A DNA stretch of 64,000 bases from Callorhinchus milii (lineage: Eukaryota): assembly GCF_018977255.1 (NCBI RefSeq), contig NW_024704812.1, forward strand, positions 186,001 to 250,000. The letters run 5' to 3'. The notes under the pieces were generated by a model. That model was not told the DNA's origin, did not search any database, and saw nothing but the letters and a program-made list of their open reading frames with translations. The position numbers and the translations under genes were made by a program. Positions 27,201 to 39,500 of the stretch are shown here, piece after piece (within the stretch, counting starts at the first letter, position 1; every line of letters begins with the position of its first letter).

Positions 27201-29000
27201 GGACTCAGGCTGATGCTCACATTGGACACCGGAGCTGTAAGATAACGCGTTTCATTTCATTCAGAAACTTGTTCAGATTCACTTCACTGACACAGACCTG
27301 TTCAGAGTCACTTTGCTGAACCCTACACTTTATTTCTGACGCTGTTTGTTATGATTCACTGTTTATTCAGGTCTCAGTCTGGCTCATTTGGTAGCACAAT
27401 GTTATGGTTTAAAGCCCCACTCTTGGAGCTCACAGTCCAGGTTTATTGGCTTAATGAATGAAATGAAATGGGCCCGGGGGCCGGATGCGGCCCGTGGGCC
27501 ACCAGTTGGCCCACCCTGCTCTCACCGATGCTCTGAAGCAGGGTGGCTGCCGTGGGCCGGATTCCCCTATTTGTCAAAGATCCACGAGCCACATCCAACC
27601 TGAGGCCATTTCCACTCCCGCCCTCCCTCCCTCCCTCCCTGGTCAGCGGCAGGAGCTGATGGTTGGGAAGACCCAGCGACCAGAGCCTTTACTGCAGTCT
27701 GTCAGGAGAGCAGAGCAAATACGTCGCTGTTCCTCACACTCCCCCTCCCTCTCCCCCCCTCCCTCTCTCTGCCCCCACTCTTTTTCACTCCCCTCTCTCC
27801 CCCTCTCTTTCTCCCCCCCTCCCTTGCTCCCAAGATCCACTGGCACTTGCCTGGCTTTCCTATCACACACTAAACTCTGTAACCCATCCCCCGCCCTCAC
27901 CAGACCCCACTGGCTCCTATCACACACTAAACTCTGTACCCCATCACCCCCGCCTCGCCAGGCCCCACTGGCCCTATCACACACTAAACTCTGTACCCCA
28001 TCACCTGAGCCCTCGCCAGGCCCCACTGGCTCCCTATCACACACTAAACTCTGTACCCCATCACCCCCAGCCCTCGCCAGGCCCCACTGGATCCCTATCA
28101 CACACTATACTCTGTACCCCATCACCTCCGCCCTCGCCCCCGCCCTCACCAGGCCCCACTGGCTCCCTATCACACACTAAACTCTGTACCCCATCAACCC
28201 CGCCCTCGCCAGGCCCCACTGGCTCCCTATCACACACTAAACTCTGTACCCCATCACCCCGCCCTCGCCAGGCTCCACTGTTTCCGTATCACCAAACAGA
28301 TCGATTTTGAGATCATCTCACTCGTTTTCAAATCCCTTCATGCCATGGTACTGCCCTAACTCTCCGACCTGCTCACCCACCCACTGCACCTCTCGGTGCC
28401 TCCTCTTGGCTGGTTCCATCCTTGTCTTGTTTGTCCCTCGTCCCCTCCACTCCACCATCAATGGCTGTGTCTTCAGCCACTGCGTCACTTTCTCCCTCAA
28501 TCCCAACGCCTCGCCCCTCCCTCCCCACCTTCAAATCGCGCCTAAAGACCTTCCAGTTTGATCGTGTTTACAGTCACCGCCTTCCTCTCCCTCTCCCCCC
28601 CCGGTCGGGTCAGACTCGGCCCCTGCAAAGTGCTCCGGGACACTCCGCGTGAAGGGCGCTGTTGTTGTTTACTCACTGTGAACACGCAGTTGTAAATCTG
28701 CTGAGGCTGCTCCGAGGATTAAGTCAAACACAGACACTGAGTACGAACCGGAATCAGCCGGAGTCACTGTGTCCAGACGTAGAGTGGCATTGTTGGGGTA
28801 AAGCTCAGCCCGACCCTGGTAGTCTCCAAAGTACTTCACTGCTGTTCCCTTTGCTGATGCGATTGTGGAGCTGGTGTTGACTTTCCATATTATACTAAAA
28901 TTTCCCAGTTCACTGGGCATTACCAGGAAGTACACAGATTGTCCGGCTGTGGCTTCTATCTGACTCTCAGTGACGGTCAGACTGAAAGCTCCCACCTGCT
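18150..29000 (-). CDS. Gene B: paralog with V-A*-B-A-B-C-D-TM-ITAM; leader exon missing (probably in the gap at 30099); several frameshifts in the 3' Ig exons (errors or pseudogene)
   Basis: 11 exons located; V, A*, B1, A2 and tail exons intact; B2, C, D and TM exons carry 1-2 nt indels. Confidence 0.75.
18885..18929 (-). CDS. Gene B cytoplasmic exon 2 (..DSGPYM)
   Basis: 45 nt, phase 0-0. Confidence 0.8.
19058..19499 (-). mobile_element. L2 3' fragment inserted into a SINE remnant; gene B only
   Basis: near-identical to 1963-2450; flanked by GATACA direct repeat; absent from A, C, D at this site. Confidence 0.8.
19705..19760 (-). CDS. Gene B cytoplasmic exon 1 ([10 protein letters not shown])
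   Basis: 56 nt, canonical sites. Confidence 0.8.
20817..20915 (-). CDS. Gene B transmembrane exon
   Basis: 99 nt with compensating -1/+1 indels (GTMWGLWA versus GTIVGAVA). Confidence 0.8.
21343..21656 (-). CDS. Gene B membrane-proximal Ig exon, multiple indels
   Basis: homologous to 5322-5636 and 37322-37636 but with many single-base indels. Confidence 0.7.
22008..22249 (-). CDS. Gene B VSIG10-like Ig exon, frameshifted
   Basis: 242 nt versus 240. Confidence 0.7.
22786..23075 (-). CDS. Gene B second B-type Ig exon, 1-nt deletion
   Basis: 290 nt; GGGCAGTGA versus GGGCAAGTGA in gene C. Confidence 0.75.
24983..25267 (-). CDS. Gene B second A-type Ig exon
   Basis: 285 nt open. Confidence 0.9.
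25590..25715 (-). mobile_element. CR1 RT fragment (mirror ~33275-33410, plus)
   Basis: [41 protein letters not shown]. Confidence 0.8.
26030..26320 (-). CDS. Gene B first B-type Ig exon
   Basis: 291 nt open; [15 protein letters not shown]. Confidence 0.9.
26950..27234 (-). CDS. Gene B hybrid A1/A2 Ig exon
   Basis: 285 nt; A1-type start and [10 protein letters not shown]2-type end KPVKLVIT. Confidence 0.9.
27861..28280. repeat. L2-derived ~57-61 bp minisatellite, 7 units (4 units in gene D at 45795-46028)
   Basis: TATCACACACTAAACTCTGTACCCCATCACCCCCGCCCTCGCCAGGCCCCACTGGCTCCC repeated. Confidence 0.9.
28677..29000 (-). CDS. Gene B IgV (N-like) exon
   Basis: 324 nt open; ..[21 protein letters not shown]. 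Confidence 0.9.
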
Positions 29001-30098
29001 CTGTAATACAAAACACACACAACAGTCAATCACCAAATTCACAATGTAATAATATATTCATCCTTGCATTTGATCTAACGTCTTATCACGTCTTTGAGAT
29101 GTCTCAAAGCGCTTCACAGAATTACTGTCAGGTGAATTGACTATATTTGTGGACAAAAGTTTTGAAGGAATTATTACCCCCAGAAAAGCAATCCGCCAAT
29201 CGACTAACAACCAGGTTTCTACTTACTTCTGATAAACAGAGGCGTGTGGGTACGTGTGAAGTAAGGAAACTTGCCCAACGTTTCCCCAGAGGGGAAGCGA
29301 ACCCAGATCTCTCACTTACAAGGTGAGCGCTCTTACCACTGAACTACAGAACTGCACAATTCAGAAAATGTCATTTGTTTAAGATGAAAGATAGATTTAG
29401 ATAGATTTCTGCTAGAAAATAATAGCTTGGGATACAGTAGATAGACCCACAGATACACACAGAAAGACATAGAGAGAGAGGAGACAGACACATACACACA
29501 CACAGAGGCAGAGAGAGGTACCATTTGTGTAGCGACTTTCACATCGGGAGGATATCTCATAGATAGACACACTCACAGACACAGAGAGACACTCACACAC
29601 ATAGAGAGACACACACAGGCACATCCACAAACACACAGAGAAGGAGACACAGACACACAACAACGCACAGACACACACAAACAGAGAGATACACAGACAA
29701 ACAGACACACACAAACAGAGAGATACACAGACAAACAGAGACACACATAGACACTCACAAATGCATATAGAGAGACACACACACTCATACATACGCGGAC
29801 ACGGAGACACACACACACACACTCACAAACTGAGAGAAACACACACACTCCCAAACAGAGACACAGACACACACACTGAGAGACAGAACACAGACACACA
29901 CAGAGCGACACATACACAGAGACACACAGAGAGACACATACAGAAAGACTACACGCGGATAGATAGAGAAACATACCGAGAGACAGACACCCCCAGATAA
30001 TCACACACACACACACAGACAGAGACATACACTGTGAGACAGACACACACATCCAGACAGAGATATATATACACACACACAGTGGGAGACACACACAG

Positions 30099-30128
30099 NN
30101 NNNNNNNNNNNNNNNNNNNNNNNNNNNN
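30099..30128. other. Assembly gap at the axis of the inverted arrangement
   Basis: 30 N; gene orientation flips across it. Confidence 0.95.
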
Positions 30129-30272
30129 CAACTCTATAGGCGATCCAGTACCAACCTTGAGTCCCATCTCCGATTTTAGCGAAGTGATAGGTCTAATGCT
30201 TGAGCTACAGGTTATTATTAATATTATTATTACAGTGTGATTGATTGACTGTTTGTGTGTTATGTGTTACAG

Positions 30273-30593
30273 AGCAGGTGGGAGCTTTCAGTCTGACGTC
30301 ACTGAGAGTCACATAGAAGCCACAGCCGGACAATCTGTGTACTTCCTGGTAATGCCCAGTACAGGGAAGTTTTACTATAACATGGACAGTCAACACCAGC
30401 TCCACAATCGCATCAGCACAGGGAACAGCAGTGAAGTACTTTGGAGACTACCAGGGTCGGGCTGAGCTTTTACCCCAACAATGCCACTCTACGTCTGGAC
30501 ACAGTGACTCGGCTGATTCCGGTTCGTACTCAGTGATTGTGTTTGAATTAAGCCACGGAACAGCCACAGCAGCTTTACAACTGCGTGTTCACA
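30273..30593 (+). CDS. Gene C IgV exon, several indels
   Basis: homologous to other V exons; e.g. CTGACGTC versus CTGACCGTC, extra T in GAGCTTTTACC. Confidence 0.7.
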
Positions 30594-33500
30594 GTGAGTA
30601 AACAACAACAACTTGCATTTACACCACATCCCTCACGTGGGGTAGCGTCCGGGAGCGCTTAACAGGGGCAGAATCTGACCCCGAGCCGGTGGGAGAGGGA
30701 GGGGGGAGGTGACGGTAAACACAATCAAAAAGGAAGGTCATTAAATAGAATTTGGAGGTGGGAACGAGAGGGTGAGACGGGGATTGCGGGAGAGAGTGAC
30801 AGAGTTTTGGGGCGTAGCACCTGAAGGTCCATCTACCAATGGAGGGCGAGGTTGATGGGGGTACGGAATTTAGTGCTTGTGATCGGAAGCCCTGGAGTCC
30901 TGTAGGGTATTAGTTAGAGCAGGAAGGTCAACTGGCGGCCCGTGGGCCACATCCGGCCCCCCGGACCGATTTCATTTCATTCATTCAGCTCATTGTGGTC
31001 CAAGAGGCGGTACGTGGGCTGTCAGCTGCCCGTTGGTGATTTTGTGCGGCTGGCGGCCATTTGCAATGTTCCAACTTCCTCTCCCCCACCCCTCCCTCCC
31101 TCCCTGGTGAATGTCCTCACAGGGCAGTGGCAGGAGCCGGCGTTTGGGAGAATCCAGCGAGCAGAGCCCTTACTGCAGTCTGTCAGGAAGGCAAATGAGT
31201 CTCTTACCAACTGTGTCCTTGGGCTCCTACCACTGCTGATTGGGAGAGAGTGATTGGGAGAGAGAGAGGGAGAGAGAGAGAGAGGGAGGAGAGAGGGAGG
31301 CATGAAAGATAAGGGGGAGAGAGGGGAAGGGAGAGGGGAGAGAGGAAGGGAGAGAAGGGGAGAGAAGGGGGAAAGAGTGGGAAAGAGAGGGCAAGGTCGG
31401 AAGAGTGAGAGGGGAGAGAGGAATGAGAGAGTGGGGTTGGGGAGTGGGTGGTGGGGAGAGAGGAGAGAGAGAGGAGCAGAGACACACTTGCTCTGCCTTC
31501 CTGATAGACTGCAGTAAAGGGCCCATTTCATCTCATTCATTAAGCCAATAAACCTGGACTGTGAGCTCCCAGAGTGTGACTTTAAACCATAAATTGTGCT
31601 ACCAAATGAGCCAGACTGAGACCTGAATAAACAGTGAATCATAACAAACAGCGTCAGAAATAAAGTGTAGGGTTCAGCAAAGTGACTCTGAACAGTCTGT
31701 GTCAGTGAAGTGAATTGAACAAGTTTCTGAATGAAATGAAATGCGTTATCTTACAGCTCCGGTGTCCAATGTGAGCATCAGTCTGAGTCCAGACAAGGAG
31801 ATATTTATCGAGAAAAGATACAGCGACACTAAGATGTACAGCGATGGGATCGTTCCCCACCTATTCCTGGGCACTGGATGGAAACCCGTTACCTCTAACC
31901 CCACGTTACACACTGTCTGCAGATAATAGCACTCTGACAATCAGCCCCGTACACAGGAGCGACAGTGGAGGGTTTATCTGCACGGCCAGTCACCTGGTGG
32001 GCAGTGACAGCAGTAAACCAGTGAAGCTGGTGATAACTTGTGAGTATATTTGCTGTTGTGTTAAAACCAGATCAACGTGAGCTGAACAGGACAGTGCAGT
32101 TGGCCCACGTATATCCCTACTTGTTCCAGCCTGGCTCAGCTCTCTATAAGTCAGAAGGTTGTGGCCTCACGTAGTACTTGGAACTCATGTAGTCCAGACT
32201 GAAGCGCCAATGCAATGCTGGAATATTCTACATTGGGGTTTGATGCTGTGAATAGAGAAACAAACAGTGGGGTCCTGCAGTGGTTGGAGCCCTCACCTCG
32301 CAAGTGAGAGGACTTTGGTTTGATTCTCACCAATCGACTAATAACCGGGTTCCTAATTACTGCTCAGTAAACAGACGGTGTGTTTGGGAGTAGGGAAACT
32401 TGGCCGACGTTTTGCTCTATCAATAATATAATAATCCTTGCATTTGATACAGCGCTTTTCACATCTTCTGGACGACTGAAACGCTTCACAGAATATACTG
32501 TAAAGTGAATTGACTGTATATGTTATGAGCAAAACGCAGCAGCCAATTGCACACAGCAGCGAACCACAAACAGTCAGAGGTCTGTGATACATGTAAAAAG
32601 ACTGTTTCTCTCACACTATCATCTGCCATCCATTTATCTATCTATGTCATAGTTTAATGCTTTTTCTTTCAGATGGCCCTGATCCACTCACCTTTATTGT
32701 GAGTGGGCAGGTGATATGTGACAGTTTGGTCCCAGGACAGTACTGTGGGAAGGAGGAAGATTTGATGACCCTCAACTGTCAGACAAAATGTTTCCCAGAG
32801 TGTAACTACAGGTGGAACATAACACCACAGTCATTGCCGGCAACACCTCACAGCTGCCTATAGAGAGCCTCACGTTCAACAACAGCGGGGATTACACTTG
32901 CAATGTGAAGAATGATTACACCACGATTAGCCGCACGGAGAAGGTTTCAATCCTCGTGTACAGTGAGTTAGTTATCTCAGTCAAAAATGTCATGGTGTAA
33001 ACAACAACAGTGGCTTTCATATCAGGACGACGTCCCAAGGCACTGGATAGTCAGGGATCCGCACTCGAGTGGGGGTTGGGATAAGGAGGGGTGGAGGGCG
33101 GGTAGGGTTGGAATAGAAGGATGACTGGAGGCATGGCCGGTCGAAGAGGAAGGCCTTGAAATGGGTCTTTAAGGTGGCCTGGACTTGGGTATAGAGAGCA
33201 CAATTGCCAAGTTTGGAGCCTGGGCAGGACTGGGATGATGGGGTACAGAGTTTAGTGTGTGATCAGGAGCCACACACATGATACTAAGCTAAGAAAAGTA
33301 GTAAACAGTGAGGAGGAGAGTAACAGACTGCAAGAGGACATAGACAGACTGGTAACATGGGCAGACATGATGAAGTTTAATGTGGAGAAGTGCAAAGTGA
33401 TGTATTTTGGGACGATATACTGTAAAGTGAATTGCCGGTCTATTTTGTGGGCGAAACTCTGCAGCCAATTGCACACAGCAGTGTCCCACAAACAGTCGTG

Positions 33501-36500
33501 GATTGGGGCAGAGAGGCTGAAGGCCCAACCGCTGATGGTGGGGCAGATGGGCGGGGGGCATGAAGCAGGCCGGAGCCCGCTGAGCAGAGGGAGCGGAGGT
33601 AAGGAGAGAGGAGTGAGGTTGTAGAGGACATTCAAGGTGAGGACCAGGATCTTGAACTGAAGCAGAACAGCTTTGTGTTAAGTAAAGTAAATCCGGATGA
33701 AATGAAACACTTTATCTTACAGCTCTGCTGTCCAATGTGAGCATCAGCCTGAGTCCAGACAAGGAGATATTTATCGAGAATAAAGACACAACGACATTGA
33801 GGTGTACAACGATGGGATTGTTCCCCACCTATTCCTGGGCACTGGGTGGACACCCGTTACCTGTAACCCCACGTTACACACTGTCTGCAGCTAATAGCAC
33901 TCTGACAATCAGCCCCGTACACAGGAACGACAGTGGAGGGTTTATCTGCACGGCCAGTAACCCGGTGAACAGTGACAGCAGCAAACCAGTGAAGCTGGTG
34001 ATAACTTGTGAGTATATTTGCTGTGGTGTTAAAACCAGATCAACGTGAGCTGAACAGGACAGTGCAGTTGGCCCACGTATATCCCTACTTGTTCCAGCCT
34101 GGCTCAGCTCTCTATAAGGCAGAAGGTTGTGGGTTCAAGCCTCACGTCAGCACTTGGAACTCATATAGTCCTTCCTCCACTCATAGAAACACACATAGAC
34201 ATGGCTCTGCTGACCTGCAGTAAGTGGGAACCTACTTGTCAGTTGATTGCCGGATCGCTTTCTGGAGGTAATAACCACTCCATAAAATGTCAACCAATTG
34301 CACACAGCAGTGTCCCACAAACAGTTGGGGATTCAGGGACCAATTCATGAATATTATTTTTTGAAGGAATTTTTACCCTCGGAAAAGCGATCCATCAGTC
34401 GACTAACAACTGGGTCCCCACACACTGCGAGGTAAACAGAGGCGTACGGAGTAAGGAAACTTGCCCAATGTTTTGCCCTATAAATAATATAATAAACCTT
34501 TCATTTGATGCCGCGCTCTTTACATCTTTGAGACATCTCAAAATGCTTCACAGAATATATTGTAAAGTGAATTGACTGTATATTTGTGGGTGAAACACAA
34601 TTGCACACAGCGTCGTCCCAAAACAGCCGTGGATTGAAGTGACCAATTTACTATTAGTTTCTTTCTGGAGGGTTATTATCAGGCGTGTGGAGTAAGGAAA
34701 CTTGCCCAAGCATTCGCACCCTGATGGGAATTGAACTCAAGTTCACTTACGAGGCAAATGCTCTAACCACTGAGCAACAGGACTCCACTATTGTTATTAT
34801 CATTAAAGAGCCGCTGTTTGGATGAGACGTTAAACTATCTGCCTGTTCAGGTTAAAGATCCCATCACTATCTGAGTGTCAATCGGCCACTTGACTGTAGA
34901 GGGCCCCACAGACAAACCTAATCTCCCCACCAGACTGCAACACACACACCTGAGCCCGAGAGGGAGTTTAGGGACCAGGAGCAGGAACCCCGACTCGCTT
35001 TAAACTCCATGACCCAAAGTCAGCCTCACGTGACCTGAGCTGCAATAACAGTAAAGATAATAACAATAATAATGATCATAGTCATGATCATCAGAATAAT
35101 AATCATTCTTGCACTTGATATATCGCCTTATCAAGCGAGAGGACCTGGGTTTGATTCCCGCGCAGGTCAGGACGAAAGCTTAGGCAGGTACATTACTCCA
35201 CCCAACACTCACCGCCACCCCCACCCCCCCACACACATACACCCCACTGTTTAGCAGCGCCAATGTCTTGGGACGTCCTCCCGACGTTAAGGACGCTCTA
35301 TAAATGTAATATTATTGTTGTTGTATTTTGTTGTTTACCTAACAGTAAGTGGAAACCCTTGTTAGTCGATTGCCGGATCACTTTTCCGAATGTATTAACC
35401 CCTCCAAAAAAAACACCTCCTCACGTCTCAAATCACTTCACAGAATATACTGTAAAGTGAATTGACTGTATATTTTATGGGTGAAACACAACAACAACAA
35501 CAGGATTACATTTGTATAGCGTCTTTCACATCGGGAGGATGTCCCAAGGCACTGGACAGTGACAGCATTTCAGACCCGAGCTGGAGTCAGGGGGGGAGAA
35601 GGGAGGGGCGGGGAAGGGGGATGGCCGATGGCATGGTCGAAGAGGAGGGTCTTGAGGCGTGACTTGAAGGAGGCTAAGGAGGGCGTGAAGCGGAATGACT
35701 GGGGGATAGGATTACAGAGGTTGGGGGCAGAGTGGCTGAAGGCTCTCCCGCCAATGGTGGGGTGGGTGGGTCGGGGGACGGCAGCCAATTGCGCACAGGA
35801 GGGACCCACAAACAGTCGGAGGTCTGTGATACATGTAAAAAGGCTGTTTCTCTCACACTATCATCTGCCACCCATTTATCTATCTATGTCATCACTTAAT
35901 GTTTTTCTTTCAGATGGCCCTGATCCACCCACAGTATATATGAGTGGGCAAGTGATATGTGACAGTTTGGTCCCAGGACAGTACTGTGGGAAGGAGGGAG
36001 ATTTAGTGACGCTCAACTGTCAGACGAAATGTTTCCCAGAGTGTAACTACAGGTGGACACATAACACCACAGTCATTGCCGGCAACACCTCACAGCTGCC
36101 TATAGAGAGCCTCACGTTCAACAACAGCGGGGATTACACTTGCAATGTGAAGAATGATTACACCACGATTAGCCACACGGAGAAGGTTTCAATCCTCGTG
36201 TACAGTGAGTTAGATCTCAGTCAAAATTGGCACTGTGTAAACAATACATGGCATTTACACAGTGGCTTTCACATCAGGAGGATGTCTCAAGGCGCTGGAC
36301 AGTCAGGGACCCACATCTGAGCTGGGGGTTGCTATCAGGAGGGTTGGAGGGCAGGGAGATGGGTGTAGGAGGGTGACCGAAGGCACGGTCTGTCGAAGAG
36401 GAGGATCTTGAGATAGGTTTTGAAGGAGGTGAGGGAGGCGTGGCAGAGGGATTGTGGGAGTTTCAGAGGGTGGGGGCAGAGAGGCTTAAGGGGATGGGCG

Positions 36501-39500
36501 GGCGGGGAACATGGAGCAGGCCGGAGCCCGCTAAGCAGAGGGAGCGGACCGGTTGGTCAGGGATTAGGAGGTCACAGAGGTAGGGAGGGAGGAGTGAGGC
36601 CATGGAGGGCTTTAAAGCTGAGCACCAGGATCTTGAACTGTATCCTCTGAGGGATGGGGAGCCAGTGGAGCCGGGCGAGGGTGGGGACAACTCAAGGTGG
36701 AGCCAATAACTGGACTGTTTGTCTTTGCCTTGTTCAAGGGGCTCCCACACAGCAGATCACATGCGGAGCAGCAGATAAAGGAACAGCATTGGTGTTGATG
36801 TGCTCCTGGGCTGGTGGGGTGCCAGACACTGTCCTTCAGCTGAAGGTCGGACAGACGATTGTCAATGCGACAAACGAGGGGAATGTCACCATCACAAAGG
36901 ATCAGCTCAGCTCCCGAGAGATCTTCACATGTGTTGGACGCCATGTTGTCTCTGACAGTCAATGCTCTATAGTTATTGGTGAGGACTTGAGGGCTGAACA
37001 ACAACAACGATGACAAATTACACTTGTATAGCGCCTTTCACGTCGCAAAGACTTTCCAGGACGCTGCACAGTCAGGGTTTTTGGACCTGAGCTGGGAGTT
37101 GGGGTCAGGAGGGGTGGAGGACAGGGGGGGTGGTGGTGGTTGGGGGTGGGAGGGTGGCTGAATGTGCGGTTGGTCGAAGAGGAAGGTCTTTAGATGGGAT
37201 TTAAGATGTCTCGATGGCGTGATAAGGCGCTGTATCAAACGGGAGGATTATTATTATTCCTACTGACTGTTGGGGTGACTGTGTTGCTGTTTTGCTGAAC
37301 ACTGTCTGTGCTGTTACACAGATAAACCCCAGAGAGCGTCAGGGTCTGAGCCTCAGGTGGAAGTGGGGAAGGAGGCAGATGTGACCTTAGACGTGTCACT
37401 GACAGACACAGTGCGGGTGTCAGACCCTGGCCTGCTGCCCGCACACTTTACATGGTCGAAGGAAGACAACTCCATCACTGGCTCTGACGGCAAGTTCAAC
37501 ATCACCTCAGGACCAACCTTCTCTAAACTGCTCATCAGTAAATTCCAGGCAACCGATCAGGGCACATATCAATGCCATGTCACTAACGCAATGGGAGAGA
37601 ACTTCTTCCAATTTGACGTGACTTTGAAAGGCGGAGGTAAGTTATGATATGTTGACACACACACACACACACACACACTTACACAGTCACAGACACACAC
37701 AAACTCACAGACAGACATACACACCCCACCGCAGACACACACCCACAGACACACACACATACAGACACACACACACAGACACACATAGACACACATACAC
37801 ACACAGACGCGTACCTCTGTTTATCAGCAGTAGGTAGGAACCCGCTGTTAGTCAATTGACGGTTCACTTTCCGGAGGTCATCATAATCCTCCAAAAGAAC
37901 AAAAATCTGGTCAATCAATCCACGACTGTTTGTGGGACACTGCTGTGTGCAATTGGCTGCCGTGTTCCACCCACAAATACACAGTTACTACACTTTACAA
38001 CGACGTGATAAGGCACTGTATCAAATGCGAGGATTGATATGATTTACATGAGGTCTGTGCTGTGGTCTCTGTGTTACGAGAGTATAATCTAATAGAGAGA
38101 CAGTGAAGGTGTTTCTCTCCGCAGTGAATGTGGCCCTGATAGTGGGGACAATAGTGGGGGCTGTGGCTGTGGTGGTCATTGCAACACTCGCTGTGGTGTA
38201 CGTTTACAGGAAACGTAAGGAAGGTGAGGCCGTATATACACAGGAAAACCTTTCACCTTCATGTTCTGTTGTTTATATACCAGTCCAGACCCCCCTCAGC
38301 CACTCACCCTCTCACTGTCCTCTCTCTCTGTCAGTCTCTACCCCTCCGTCTCTCTCTATCTGTCTCTAGCCCCTCCGTCTCACTCTCTTTCACTATCAGT
38401 CTCTCCCACTTTGTCTCTCTCTCTCTATCAGCCTCTCCCCCTCCATTTCACCCTCTCTTTTCTATCAGTCTCTCCCCTTCTCTCTATCACCCTCCATCAC
38501 TCTCAGTCTCTCCCTCTCCATTTCACCCACTCTTTTCTATCAGTTTCTACCCCTCTCTCTCTATCAACCTCCATCTCACTCTCTGTCAGTCTCTATCCAT
38601 CCATCTCCCCCTCTCGCTATCAATCACTCCTCCTTTGTCTTTCTCTCTTTCTGTCAGGCTCTACCCCTATCTCTCTCTCTGTCAGTCCCTCCCTCTCCGT
38701 TTCTCTCCAGGTTCACCGGTTCAGCACCAAACTCTTGTTTATTTTCAAGATTTTCTACGATTTCAAGATACTCTCACCCGTTTTCAAACCCTTTCATGCC
38801 CTGGCACCTCCCTACCTCTCTGACCTGCTCACCCCCACCCCACACCGGCCTCCTATTTGTCCCTCGTTCCCTCCATCCCACCATCAGAGGCTGTGCCTTT
38901 GAATAAACAAGTTGTTGTTTATTTTCCAGCCAAAACACAGCAAGAGACAGAGGGTGAACCATACTACGAGACCATTGATGTCAGAGTAAGTCCTGTGCAG
39001 TCCTGTAGCTCAGTGGTTAGAGTCCTCGCCTCTCAAGCGAGAGGATCCGGTTTTGTTTCCCGGACAGGGCAAAACCTTAGGCAATTGGCTCCCCTTTGAT
39101 ACGACTCAAAGACGTGATAAGGCACTGTATCAAATGCAACAATTATTATTATGAAACCACACAGTCACTACTCTTTACCGTGTATCCTGTGAAGCGCTTT
39201 GAGATGTTATGAAGACGTGATAAGGCACTGTATGAAATGCAATGGTTATTATTATTTACTGCTAACGACATTGCTAATGAATAGCTAAACTGTGTTTGGT
39301 TATATTTTAGGCTTCCTCTGCCAATGTCTCCCAGAAGGATTCAGGCCCTTACATGGTGAGGAAACAAATGGCTGACACGGACAGTGTGTCAGCCCGGCTC
39401 AGTCTCTTGCTGTCCCAACTCTGTCCTTTACGACCCTAAACTGTCCTTCATCCCCTCATCCATGCCATGACCTGATATGCCTTCCCCACCTCCGCCATAT

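Noticed and set aside
27861-28280. Regularly spaced ~60-bp repeats superficially like a CRISPR array
   Set aside because: No unique spacers, L2-derived unit, vertebrate intron, no cas genes
35559-36320. 253-aa ORF as a single-exon protein
   Set aside because: Chance read-through from L2/SINE intron sequence into the real B exon (35914-36204), which has its own strong acceptor and donor
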